Positions 9,828 to 18,925 of a stretch of DNA of 64,000 nucleotides are shown here, in pieces (position 1 is the first letter of the stretch; the number at the start of each line of letters is the position of its first letter). The notes under the pieces were generated by a model, which was not told the DNA's origin, searched no databases, and worked only from the letters and a program-made list of their open reading frames with translations. Both the position numbers and the translations under genes were made by a program. The stretch comes from Bacteroidota bacterium. Its GTDB lineage: Bacteria; Bacteroidota; Bacteroidia; Chitinophagales; LD1. Where the stretch lies: the NCBI GenBank assembly GCA_025963485.1, contig JAOQAO010000194.1:27890-91889 (forward strand), written 5' to 3'.

Positions 9828-10057
9828 TTTAACTTTTTATTGTTTTTCTGTTTGTGCTGATAAAATATCTTAGCGCTTAACAGTTATTGTTTTAAAAGAC
9901 AATGAGGAAAAAAAATATGAGTATTATGTTTGATTTATCCCCCCGAGATCACTATTTTATTCTTTTCAGTAAAAAGCGAAAGTTTTTCCCGGAAATAGGA
10001 AATACCTGAACCTGTTTTAGCACATATATTTGCCGACACAATATTTCTCTGAAAAAT

Positions 10058-10459
10058 ATGGATCTGTATAAAAATATATTGTTGATCGATGATGACGATG
10101 GTGATCTGACCGTCTTTAGCCGTGCGTTGAAAGCGCTCGACCCCGCTATCATCTGCCATACAGCAGACAATGGCCTTCATGGTTTGAACCTGATCAGGAG
10201 GCTGCCTGAGCTCGACCTGATATTTGTAGACCTCAATATGCCGGGTATGGATGGCTTTGAATACCTCCAGGCGCTGAAGCTCGAGCCCGCCTACCGGGGT
10301 ATTCCATGTATCGCATGGACTTCTTCTGTCGATGAGAATAACCGGAAAAAAGCAATGGACCTGGGGGCAGCAGGATTTATCATCAAGCCTACTGATGTAG
10401 ATAAACTGAAAATAATACTCAGGCATGTTCTCAGCGGTGAGCTATCCGTTCAGTTATAG
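10058..10459 (+). CDS. Single-domain response regulator (class II, paralog of 11956..12357)
   Basis: 133 aa. Motifs: ILLIDDDDGD, FVDLNMPGMDGF, WTSS, IIKP. Confidence 0.85.
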   Translation: MDLYKNILLIDDDDGDLTVFSRALKALDPAIICHTADNGLHGLNLIRRLPELDLIFVDLNMPGMDGFEYLQALKLEPAYRGIPCIAWTSSVDENNRKKAMDLGAAGFIIKPTDVDKLKIILRHVLSGELSVQL

Positions 10460-10476
10460 TCCCGGATACTACTGCA

Positions 10477-11718
10477 TCATCTCACATGCTCCGGCCGGAG
10501 TCCCATACCCACTACCCGCGCAGGTATACGCTGGAGGATAGGGATATGCCTGAGCACCCACACGAAGGCCGACGTTAATTTGTTTCCCCCCGGGCCCGGC
10601 TCATATTGAGCATTGATGAACTTATCATGTATGAATTCCTGTATGCGCTGGATGACTCGCGCGGGCATCTCGCGGCGCTGTTGTACCTTCTTTAGCAGTA
10701 CCGTGGTCACGTTTCCTTTTTTGAGTGCACCAGAGAGGATATTGGCGGCAGCTACTGCATCCTGTATGGCGAGGTTGATACCCACACCACCCGCCGGCGA
10801 CATAGCATGCGCCGCATCGCCGATACATAGCAGGCCATCCGTATACCATCGTGACAGGTGGTTGATCTGTACCGTCAGCAGTTTGATATCATCCCAACTG
10901 TTTATAGCATCCACGTAGCCCCGGAGAAATGGCGCCAGGCTCAGCACATCTGCGCGAAAGGACTCCAGGCCGCGTGCGCGTATTTCTTCGTAAGCACCCT
11001 TGGCTATGATATAGCCGCATTGATAGTATTCATCGCGGTCTATGAGCACCATCGTCTTCCCTTCTTTGAAATATCCCAGCGTCTGTTCTTTGATCTCTTT
11101 GCCCTTGGGTATACGCAGCCACAGCACATCTATGGGCACGCCGCTCTCTATCACCTCCAGGCCGGCGAGCAGGCGTACCACAGAGTCACGGCCATCTGCA
11201 CCTACAGTGAGCGGAGTATATATAGCCTGCTCCCCTCCGGGAGTTCTGGCCCTGACTCCTCTCACCTGAGCACCCTCATGGATCAGTCCGGTGACCTCAG
11301 CATTTTTATAAAGATGGAAGGAGGGGAATTTTTGGCCCGCTTCCGCGAGGAAAGACAGAAAATCCCACTGAGGCATCAGCGCGATATACTGGCAGTGTAC
11401 CGGCAGGTGGCTGAAGTCCACCACCTTCACATGTTCACCGTTCAGCCGCACGTACAGTTCATACAGTGCCTGGTGCGGCACCCTCAGGAAAGCATCCAGG
11501 ATGCCCAGTTCATACAGCACCTCCATCGTAGAGGGATGTATCGTATCCCCGCGAAAGTCCCGGAAAAAATCCGCATGTTTCTCCAGCACTACCACATCTA
11601 CTCCAGCTCGTGCCAGCAGGTAGCCGAGCATGATTCCGGCAGGGCCCCCGCCCGCGATACAGCATTGTGTTTGAATATCTTCCGGCATACCGCAGGAGCT
11701 CGAAAAATCGTGCCGCAT
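10477..11718 (-). CDS. FAD-dependent monooxygenase (UbiH/PheA-type aromatic hydroxylase fold)
   Basis: GxGxxG dinucleotide fold (IAGGGPAGIMLGYLLARAGVDVVVLEK) and the FAD-contact motif GDAAHAMSPAGGVGINLAIQDA. The ORF is open up to 11808, but the Met at 11718 sits just before the Rossmann fold, so the start is uncertain. Confidence 0.8.
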   Translation of the reverse strand: MRHDFSSSCGMPEDIQTQCCIAGGGPAGIMLGYLLARAGVDVVVLEKHADFFRDFRGDTIHPSTMEVLYELGILDAFLRVPHQALYELYVRLNGEHVKVVDFSHLPVHCQYIALMPQWDFLSFLAEAGQKFPSFHLYKNAEVTGLIHEGAQVRGVRARTPGGEQAIYTPLTVGADGRDSVVRLLAGLEVIESGVPIDVLWLRIPKGKEIKEQTLGYFKEGKTMVLIDRDEYYQCGYIIAKGAYEEIRARGLESFRADVLSLAPFLRGYVDAINSWDDIKLLTVQINHLSRWYTDGLLCIGDAAHAMSPAGGVGINLAIQDAVAAANILSGALKKGNVTTVLLKKVQQRREMPARVIQRIQEFIHDKFINAQYEPGPGGNKLTSAFVWVLRHIPILQRIPARVVGMGLRPEHVR

Positions 11719-11955
11719 ACTATTCCGGCCCCCTTTTTGTATTAGGATATTTGTTTTCAATATGGGGATTTGCTCCTGACGGATTTTGACCGGAAACCGT
11801 CTCCTCACAAAAAATAACTATAATTGTTTTTTAAGTAAGATGAATACTTATATTTTGCGCTCATTATCATTAGTTTTTAGTATCCAGGAAAGCGTTTATC
11901 ATTTATTGAACCAATACCTTTGAGTGATCTTTTGATCGCCGATATTTTCGACAAT

Positions 11956-12357
11956 ATGTACTTATACCATAATATTTTGCTGATAGATGACGAGACGGAC
12001 GATCTGACCGTTCTGGTGCATACCTTTAAGGGGCTGTCTCCTTCATTGACGTTCACCACAGCGGATAGTGCGCTATACGGCCTCGCCAAGCTCAGGTCAC
12101 TGCCCGACCTCGACCTCATACTCGTAGATCTCAATATGCCCGGCATGGATGGATTCCAGTTTCTTGAGGCGCTTAGGTTTGAACCGCATTACAAAAATAC
12201 TCCCTGTATCATGTGGACCTCTTCGGTCGATGATATTCATCGCAAAAGAGCGATGGAGCTGGGCGCAGCAGGCTTTTATATCAAGCCTACAGACACCATC
12301 CGCCTCAAAAAAATGCTCCACGATATACTCCTCACGGATTTCTCCAAACCGGCCTGA
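11956..12357 (+). CDS. Single-domain response regulator (class II, paralog of 10058..10459)
   Basis: The first ATG is at 11956 (the ORF is open from a TTG at 11920). Motifs: ILLIDDETDD, LVDLNMPGMDGF, WTSS, YIKP. Confidence 0.85.
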   Translation: MYLYHNILLIDDETDDLTVLVHTFKGLSPSLTFTTADSALYGLAKLRSLPDLDLILVDLNMPGMDGFQFLEALRFEPHYKNTPCIMWTSSVDDIHRKRAMELGAAGFYIKPTDTIRLKKMLHDILLTDFSKPA

Positions 12358-12461
12358 TAGCCAATGTTTTGTTATGGTTTCTTTTTCTTTTGGCACGCTA
12401 TATGCTTGTATATAGGTAGCTGTTTTTTGATTTTTCTCAAAGCTGATATAAATTATGCATC

Positions 12462-12788
12462 ATGAGAACTCTGCTACTTACACTTTTTCTTTCTGGTTAT
12501 TTTATGAGTGCATTCCCTACCGGCCTCTATAGTGCAGCGGCTGCAGGAGCATATATGCAGGAGTCACGTGTGACCATCTATCCCAATCCTGCCCAAGACA
12601 TTATATATATCAAAGGCGGAGGAGCCTTTCGCATCGAGCTGATGAATATGATAGGAGAGGTCGTATTGAGCGAACAGATCACTGCGGGGACAGTTTCTAT
12701 ATCGGATGTGCGACCCGGTGTTTATATCGTGCGCATCTACGATACCGATGGTACGCTTATCTCTTCTTCCAAACTTACCAGGCAATAG
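12462..12788 (+). CDS. Small protein made of a signal peptide plus a T9SS type-A C-terminal sorting domain
   Basis: 108 aa. The sequence VTIYPNPAQDIIYIK...GVYIVRIYDTDG is a canonical T9SS CTD pattern with almost no cargo in front of it. Confidence 0.6.
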   Translation: MRTLLLTLFLSGYFMSAFPTGLYSAAAAGAYMQESRVTIYPNPAQDIIYIKGGGAFRIELMNMIGEVVLSEQITAGTVSISDVRPGVYIVRIYDTDGTLISSSKLTRQ

Positions 12789-12858
12789 TTTTTGTCTCAT
12801 CGTTTTGGCACGAATTTTTTACTGTACCCATATTATTTCACCATATAAATTCCAGGCT

Positions 12859-13029
12859 ATGTTAAAATGGTCATTCATATTCCTTATAGTTGCTATTGTG
12901 GCGGGCATATTTGGATTCACTGGTATAGAGGCCGGAGCTGCTTCTATAGCCAAGATATTATTCTTCATTTTTATTGCAGTATGGGTAGTTATGCTTGTTT
13001 TGGGCATCACTATCTTCAAGAAGGCCTGA
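12859..13029 (+). CDS. DUF1328-family small membrane protein
   Basis: 56 aa counted from the ATG at 12859. MLKWSFIFLIVAIVAGIFGFTGIEAGAASIAKILFFIFI matches the DUF1328 (YtjA-like) pattern. The upstream part of ORF 12706.. looks non-coding. Confidence 0.7.
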   Translation: MLKWSFIFLIVAIVAGIFGFTGIEAGAASIAKILFFIFIAVWVVMLVLGITIFKKA

Positions 13030-13060
13030 CACTCCGCTCCATCAGTATATTATAACACAA

Positions 13061-13089
13061 AGCCCTCTGATATTATCAGAAGGCTTTTT
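13061..13089 (+). terminator. Rho-independent terminator candidate after the DUF1328 gene
   Basis: An 11-bp stem (AGCCCTCTGAT / ATCAGAAGGCT) with one mismatch and a 3-nt loop, followed by TTTTT. Confidence 0.6.
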
Positions 13090-13125
13090 ATGTGTTTTGC
13101 GGGTTGGTTAGGCCGGTTGGTGTGA

Positions 13126-13233
13126 TCAGCGTACGCCCATATAGGCATACATACTGCCGACTATCAGCAGGGCTATGATGATCCCTACATATATCAGCAG
13201 CTGTTTCTCGTGTCCTGGATCTCGTAGTACCAT
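13126..13233 (-). CDS. Possible 35-aa single-pass membrane peptide
   Basis: ATG..TGA ORF read by hand: MVLRDPGHEKQLLIYVGIIIALLIVGSMYAYMGVR. It has one hydrophobic helix. No other support. Confidence 0.2.
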   Translation of the reverse strand: MVLRDPGHEKQLLIYVGIIIALLIVGSMYAYMGVR

Positions 13234-13516
13234 GGGTGGTTTTATTTTACTCAAAAATACAACGTGCGGATAAAAAAGTAAAGCCCCCGGATGATTACAA
13301 TATTATGCGTTTTTTGCAATGCATACATTTCCAGTTATTTGTATATATATCTGAAAATTTAAATTCTACCTTTCGCCACTATGCTGGGGTAGAGAGTTTG
13401 TTTTTTGGGGTAAATTATCGCCACTTTTTGTAGTCATTTTTGGAAAGCGATAATAACCTTGTAGCTTTATCAGGATTTTTTGTCTTTGAGACCATCCATA
13501 CTAAACCCATACGCTT

Positions 13517-13912
13517 ATGGCACGCAAACTACTCATCGCCGTATTACTCCTGTCGCTGATCGTAGAGCTGGGCCTCGCCGGGGGACTCTTCTTTGCCAGG
13601 GACCTGATGGGCAAAATGTTTGGCCTGGCGGTCAGTGGAGATACAGCACTTTTTCTCGCCTATATAGTCGGCTGGCTATGCCTGTTTGTATCGCTGGTCA
13701 TCGGCCTCGCCCTATACCAGCTGGTCAATAATAACCCCAACTATGCCACTCTCTGCTACCTCATGGGGTATTTCTGGATCGCGATCGGCATCGCCATCTT
13801 CGTAGCTTTCCACAAACCAGACAACCTCATCATCGATACGCTGAAGGGCATGCTCATCGTCGGGCTCACCATGGTCCACCAGCGGGTGGCGCCCATCGGG
13901 AGAAGGAGGTAA
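13517..13912 (+). CDS. Hypothetical multi-pass membrane protein
   Basis: 131 aa with four hydrophobic segments. No recognisable family motif. Confidence 0.5.
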   Translation: MARKLLIAVLLLSLIVELGLAGGLFFARDLMGKMFGLAVSGDTALFLAYIVGWLCLFVSLVIGLALYQLVNNNPNYATLCYLMGYFWIAIGIAIFVAFHKPDNLIIDTLKGMLIVGLTMVHQRVAPIGRRR

Positions 13913-13986
13913 TTAATTAAGAGATGTTATTTCCGGTAGCGGATCCATTTGCTTCCACCTCAAAACCCTATCTTCACCTCCGTCAG

Positions 13987-14355
13987 ATGAAACTAAAGTC
14001 CGTCATAAAAATTCTTTGCAGCCTGCTATTGCTACTCAGTACGCTGAGCAGCTATGCCGTCAGTACTGATCACCGCCATGGTGGTGGCGAGCATGTCCGG
14101 CAGGGTACTATGATAGATGCCGGCGGGGTCATCTCCACAGCCTTCTCTATACTGGAGGATGCTGTGATGCCGCAGTCTCTGTCTGCCCAGGTCAGCGCTC
14201 ATCTGGTGCGCGGCATTTCTGATATATATCCTGATATATATTGCCGTGCCGGTCATCGTGCGGACCATCACTTCATTTATTTCCGCTGCGGGCAGCATGC
14301 AGTGCTTCCTGCTGCCACTCCGCTATTCATATCCATCCGGCGGCTACTCATATGA
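13987..14355 (+). CDS. Hypothetical secreted protein (His/Gly-rich N-terminal region); possibly disrupted
   Basis: A signal-peptide-like start, MKLKSVIKILCSLLLLLSTLSSYA. It overlaps the next ORF, which lies in another frame (see findings). Confidence 0.3.
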   Translation: MKLKSVIKILCSLLLLLSTLSSYAVSTDHRHGGGEHVRQGTMIDAGGVISTAFSILEDAVMPQSLSAQVSAHLVRGISDIYPDIYCRAGHRADHHFIYFRCGQHAVLPAATPLFISIRRLLI

Positions 14356-14644
14356 TACCCTCCGCATACCTGCGGAGGATATAGTTCCACTATATACTAT
14401 TCTATGTATGCCCACGGGGTGTATCATAGGCCATCGTCCTGGCACATCCTCCATTTTTCTGAGCTGCACCGCAGCATTTATTTCTTTATCACAAAATCAG
14501 ATCATGGATCCATTATCTCAAAATATAGAAGCACACCCGGACGAGCGCTCCGGCTGTTTCAGGTCATTTCTCCTGATAGGGGGCTCTTTTGCTATACTTA
14601 TCATTGTGCTTTTTGCATTGAAACTTTGGTTAGGGTTAAACTAA
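14246..14644 (+). CDS. Hypothetical protein with a C-terminal transmembrane segment; possibly the 3' part of a frameshifted gene
   Basis: 132-aa ORF overlapping 13987..14355 by about 110 bp in a different frame. The C-terminus FLLIGGSFAILIIVLFALKLWLGL is hydrophobic. Confidence 0.25.
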   Translation: MPVIVRTITSFISAAGSMQCFLLPLRYSYPSGGYSYDTLRIPAEDIVPLYTILCMPTGCIIGHRPGTSSIFLSCTAAFISLSQNQIMDPLSQNIEAHPDERSGCFRSFLLIGGSFAILIIVLFALKLWLGLN

Positions 14645-14764
14645 GAACTGCAAAAACATGATGACGTAAGGGGTATCGGAGGGCTTTTGCTTTGCCTTCC
14701 GTGCCCCTTACACTTTTTCCGGCACACACTGTGCAGGCTTTTTATTATTTACAAAACATCTTTT

Positions 14765-15742
14765 ATGAATCCATTCATGCATCAGGTGATCGTGCAGACT
14801 GTGCTCCGGCACAAAAAGAAACCGGAAACACCATCTGCAGATTATTCTTCCTTCCGTATGGCCAAAGGTTTCCGCGAGCTGCGCATCCTCACCCGCCGCC
14901 TGCTCAAAGACATCATACTCATCTCACTCGGCATCGGCTGCGCCGCATTCGGCCTCGAGAGCTTCCTCCTGCCCAATCAGTTTATCGATGGCGGCGTGAC
15001 AGGCATATCTCTCCTCGCAGCAGAGGTCACCCGCCTGCCCCTTTTCATACTCTTGCCCGTCATCAATATTCCTTTTGTCCTGCTCGCATATCATGTCATC
15101 AGCAGGCAGTTTGCCATTCGAACGGCGATAGCCATCACAGGGCTCGTAGTGTGTATCGCCTTCGTGCATTTCCCCGAGGTTACGCATGACCGGTTGCTGG
15201 TGGCCGTATTTGGTGGCTTCTTTCTCGGAGCAGGTATAGGCCTGTGCATGAGGGGCGGAGCGGTGATAGATGGCACAGAGGTGCTCGCTATATTTCTCAG
15301 TCGCAAATTCAGCCTGACCGTCGGCGACGTTATCATTGCAGTGAATGTCCTCATCTTTTCCATCGCCGCCTGGGTACTGTCAGTAGAGGCCGCGCTATAC
15401 TCTATGATCACCTATCTGGTAGCCTCCAAAATGCTCGACTTCATCATCGAAGGCATAGAAGAATATATCGGAGTCACGATCATATCAGGTCAGAGCCAAC
15501 AGATATCAGAGATGATCAAATCCCAGCTGGGCCGCGGCCTCACCGTATACCGCGGCAAACGCGGATATGGCCGCCACGGAGATACACGCGATGCAGACAT
15601 CATCTACATCGTCATCACCCGCCTCGAGCTCCACCGCCTGCAAACAGAAATAGAGAAAATAGACGCCGATGCATTCGTCGTCATGAGCCCGGTCAAAGAC
15701 ACCAAAGGCGGTATGATCAAAAAACGCCCACTGGCGCAGTGA
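14765..15742 (+). CDS. YitT-family membrane protein (with a C-terminal DUF2179 domain)
   Basis: It has multiple TM helices, the motif FIDGGVTGISLL, and a C-terminal soluble domain (GVTIISGQS...LTVYRGKRGYG...VITRLELHRL...FVVMSPVKDTKGG). The start is uncertain (ORF open from 14687, Met at 14765). Confidence 0.8.
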   Translation: MNPFMHQVIVQTVLRHKKKPETPSADYSSFRMAKGFRELRILTRRLLKDIILISLGIGCAAFGLESFLLPNQFIDGGVTGISLLAAEVTRLPLFILLPVINIPFVLLAYHVISRQFAIRTAIAITGLVVCIAFVHFPEVTHDRLLVAVFGGFFLGAGIGLCMRGGAVIDGTEVLAIFLSRKFSLTVGDVIIAVNVLIFSIAAWVLSVEAALYSMITYLVASKMLDFIIEGIEEYIGVTIISGQSQQISEMIKSQLGRGLTVYRGKRGYGRHGDTRDADIIYIVITRLELHRLQTEIEKIDADAFVVMSPVKDTKGGMIKKRPLAQ

Positions 15743-15745
15743 TGA

Positions 15746-15773
15746 TTGACAATTGATAGTTTACAATTGTCAA
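15746..15773. terminator. AT-rich perfect 10-bp inverted repeat between convergent genes (possible bidirectional terminator)
   Basis: TTGACAATTG (15746-15755) and CAATTGTCAA (15764-15773) lie between the YitT stop and the stop of the minus-strand LRR gene. Confidence 0.35.
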
Positions 15774-15787
15774 TTGCAAATCAGTGT

Positions 15788-18700
15788 TTACCTCACCATA
15801 GTGAACCTCACCTGCCGTGAACTTTGCATTCCTTTCACCGTCAGTGTATAAACTCCGGCAGCTGCATCACGCATATCTATAGCCTGGGTATCGGATGTGA
15901 TAGCTTTCTCTTCGATCACTTCGCCCAGCATGTCGGTGATGATGTAGTTACTGTTGTGACTGTTTGATGTTTGCAGGGTGAATGAGCCGGTGTTGGGATT
16001 TGGATAGAGGTGAATGTCGCTGATTCCGGTGATGTCATGTACTCCGTCGACTCCGAACGAGAGATGTAGCGTGATAGTACTATCACAGCCATTGACCGAC
16101 GGGAGTGTATCATAATAAGTACCTGCGTTCCTAAGCGTATCTCCGCCAAAAATATAGAAGGCTGCATTGAATGCCGTAACATTGATCGTTTGGGAGGCAG
16201 ATGGCTTCACCGTCAGCGTCAGATTGATGATACTATCACATCCGCCCACCACCTGAAACGTATCCGCATAGATCCCTGAAGCAGTCAGATGTTGTATATA
16301 GAATGTGAACGTATCTCCCGCGCACATCGCATGACTGATCGGTGTGGTTGTATTTACACATGCAGCTACTGTAGTAGTCACGGTGTTTGTCACCACCGCC
16401 GGATTATTATCAAAGTAGATATACGCCGTATTATTGATCGCAGTGCCATTCGTCAGGTTGGCATTTGCCTTTACACGATACTGTATCCACCCCTCACTCA
16501 GCGGCGGATTAGTGGCACTATCCACCAGATTGATATGTGGGAATGTAAACGTCATCGCATTATGGTCCAGCTGTATCACAGCATGATGACTCGACGCGAG
16601 GTATTGGAATGATGCTGCATCTATATACTGGCTGAGAGTGTCTTTGAGCACTACGAGATAGGCAGTATCGCTTCCTGTATTCTGGAAGTGGATGGTGTAC
16701 GTGAGCCAGTCGGTAGCGCCGGGCTGTATGTTTTCAGGATACACATCCTTTAGATTTGGATCATATGAATTACGTATTTGGAAACATTGTGTTAGAGTAT
16801 TATTGGCAGGTATAAGGTCGGGTATCGTAGGTGTGATTGTAATGGTAAGACAGGCTGTAGTACCCAATATAGCAGATGGATCTGTAAGTAAAATAATGTC
16901 AAGGTCACCTTCCTCCAGAATATTGAGATCAGCCAGATTATATGTCACTATATTGCCAGAAACAGAAGATGGAGTCAATGCCCCTGACGCAGGACCTATA
17001 TAATGCAAAGCATTAGTCCACGTGGTTGTGACGGTGCCTGCAGTTCCTGCGCCGCAGTCTATATTATATCTCAAGCGTGCTACATTGCCAGCACTGATAT
17101 GGACTCCGGTTTGAAAGCCAGGGCGAAAGCGTGGTGCCGGTAAATTATAAACTCCAAAATCAATCCCTGAGCATTGAGCACCAAAACTTTCATATTTTTT
17201 GACAGAGTCAGCGGCAGATATCACTACACTGCGCATCATAGATGACGGGCACACTATTGATAGCGGTAGGGCGGTTGTATCTATATCTACTGTATAGCTG
17301 CCGTATCCTGGTGTCTTAAATGAATAACCACCTGAATTGAAAGTATAAAACTGTTGTATTACGCTACCGGCTTGCTTTAGCTGCACTTTCATATTAGTGA
17401 TCGATGCACCTGGGTGAATGCTATCAGATGTGCATGTAGCCGAGGTGTCAGAATGCACTGTGCCTGCTACATTGTAATAAAAGTCACAGCCTGAAGCGGC
17501 ATCGCACAGTGGCATGGTAGCCGGATTTATATCATACTGGATTGCTGTCAGTAGGTTGGGGAGACAATGGATATTTGTCCCGGCTATGAAAAAGGAATAT
17601 AACGGAGGACTATAAATTCGTGGCAGACATGTCAGGGATGGATTGGAATCGCAAGCAAACTCATTGAGTCGGATAGGGAGATCTGGCAAGGTAGTCAAAC
17701 GATTGGATCCGCAGCCAAGAAGGGTAAGGCTGGCAGGTAATGATGGCAGGGCAGATAAATTATTTTTGCTGCATGTCAACAGGTGAAGGTGGGGAGGCAA
17801 GGCTGGCAGCGATGCTATTGAGTTATAGTCGCATTCCAGCTCTGTGAGTGGATCTGGCAGTGCTGGCAGTGCGGATAGTAAATTCTTTTGGCACCAAAAT
17901 GTCTGAAGGGAATCGGATAATGCTGGCAGGACAGTGATATGATTGGAATGACAATACAGCGTTTGTAAAGGGACTGGCAATGCAGGTATGGTGCTGAGTG
18001 TATTGTAACTGCAATCGAGCCTATTTAAATAAGGTGGAAGAGCTGGTAATACGGAGATCGAATTAAAACTACAATCGAAGGTTCTCAGGGAATCTGGCAG
18101 TGCGGGTAAAACAGTCACATGATTGGAGGTTATACTCAAAAACGTCAATGCTGTAGGTAAAGAAGGTGTCGTAGTTAAGCTGGCATCCATGCAACTTAAG
18201 GATGTAAGGGATGCCGGGAGGGAAGGCAATGCAGTAACGGGATTGAAGCCACAGGCCAGCGTCTGCAAATGTGTCGGTAATGCCGGCAAACTAGTTAATT
18301 GATTAAACGTGCAATCCAACTCAAGCAATGAAGTACTAAGCTGTGATAAGTTGTTTAGGGAATCATGATTGCATGTAAGATATTTCAACGAGGACGGGAA
18401 AGAGGAAAGCGTGTGAAGGGGATTGTAACTGCAATCTAAAGTGATGAGTCCGGAAGACAAGGCTGGCAATGTTGTGAAATAATTGTGGCTTAGGATCAGG
18501 TATTTTACTGTAGATGATAATGTAGGAAGACCTGCGAGATGATTATTGGAGCAGTTGAGTGTTTGCAGGTGGGTGAAGTATTGTATCCCATCCAGATTTG
18601 AGATGCTATAAGACTCGCAATCTATACTCGATGCATTAATGACCAGAGGATCGGAAGCATTTAAAAAATATCCGCTCGTAGAGTTGCCGCTGATTGGGAA

Positions 18701-18826
18701 GCTGTGCCCATCCAACCAACTCGCAAAATTCTGATCTGGGATAGATACTACTTGCCCCCGCGCAGTCCCCATAGCGACACACAAACAAAGCACCAGCCAT
18801 AAGCGGTAAAGTAAAGTAGTTTTCAT
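15788..18826 (-). CDS. Secreted leucine-rich-repeat protein with a T9SS C-terminal sorting domain (paralog 1 of 3)
   Basis: 1012 aa with a signal peptide. About fifteen 20-21-aa LxxLxCxxNxLxxLPxLPxx repeats. A conserved DPN..YTIHFQNTG..IYFDNNP beta-domain, two Cys-repeat modules and the CTD IHLYPNPNTGSFTLQ...GVYTLTVKG. Confidence 0.85.
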   Translation of the reverse strand: MKTTLLYRLWLVLCLCVAMGTARGQVVSIPDQNFASWLDGHSFPISGNSTSGYFLNASDPLVINASSIDCESYSISNLDGIQYFTHLQTLNCSNNHLAGLPTLSSTVKYLILSHNYFTTLPALSSGLITLDCSYNPLHTLSSFPSSLKYLTCNHDSLNNLSQLSTSLLELDCTFNQLTSLPALPTHLQTLACGFNPVTALPSLPASLTSLSCMDASLTTTPSLPTALTFLSITSNHVTVLPALPDSLRTFDCSFNSISVLPALPPYLNRLDCSYNTLSTIPALPVPLQTLYCHSNHITVLPALSDSLQTFWCQKNLLSALPALPDPLTELECDYNSIASLPALPPHLHLLTCSKNNLSALPSLPASLTLLGCGSNRLTTLPDLPIRLNEFACDSNPSLTCLPRIYSPPLYSFFIAGTNIHCLPNLLTAIQYDINPATMPLCDAASGCDFYYNVAGTVHSDTSATCTSDSIHPGASITNMKVQLKQAGSVIQQFYTFNSGGYSFKTPGYGSYTVDIDTTALPLSIVCPSSMMRSVVISAADSVKKYESFGAQCSGIDFGVYNLPAPRFRPGFQTGVHISAGNVARLRYNIDCGAGTAGTVTTTWTNALHYIGPASGALTPSSVSGNIVTYNLADLNILEEGDLDIILLTDPSAILGTTACLTITITPTIPDLIPANNTLTQCFQIRNSYDPNLKDVYPENIQPGATDWLTYTIHFQNTGSDTAYLVVLKDTLSQYIDAASFQYLASSHHAVIQLDHNAMTFTFPHINLVDSATNPPLSEGWIQYRVKANANLTNGTAINNTAYIYFDNNPAVVTNTVTTTVAACVNTTTPISHAMCAGDTFTFYIQHLTASGIYADTFQVVGGCDSIINLTLTVKPSASQTINVTAFNAAFYIFGGDTLRNAGTYYDTLPSVNGCDSTITLHLSFGVDGVHDITGISDIHLYPNPNTGSFTLQTSNSHNSNYIITDMLGEVIEEKAITSDTQAIDMRDAAAGVYTLTVKGMQSSRQVRFTMVR

Positions 18827-18861
18827 AGCGGTAGATTATGCTCTAAATCTATCACTTTAAA

Positions 18862-18886
18862 AGCGGAACAGAAAAACTGTTTCGCT
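18862..18886 (-). terminator. Terminator-like hairpin downstream of LRR paralog 2
   Basis: AGCGGAACAG-AAAAA-CTGTTTCGCT (one G-U/mismatch position), flanked by T/A runs on both strands. Confidence 0.45.
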
Positions 18887-18925
18887 TTTTATATTAACCA
18901 GTATCAAGTATCTCGCATCCAGTAT

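Noticed and set aside
10858-11745. 295-aa plus-strand ORF
   Set aside because: It lies entirely antisense to the FAD monooxygenase, whose GxGxxG and GDAAH motifs are unambiguous. The antisense translation has no recognisable features.
12706-12858. N-terminal extension of the DUF1328 ORF (start at 12706)
   Set aside because: The extension overlaps the end of the preceding gene, and its translation is not membrane-protein-like. The family-typical sequence begins at the ATG at 12859.
14692-15756. Arg/His/Pro-rich alternative-frame ORFs (14692..15189 and 15244..15756) overlapping the YitT gene
   Set aside because: Their composition is typical of an off-frame reading of a membrane-protein gene, and the YitT frame carries clear family motifs.
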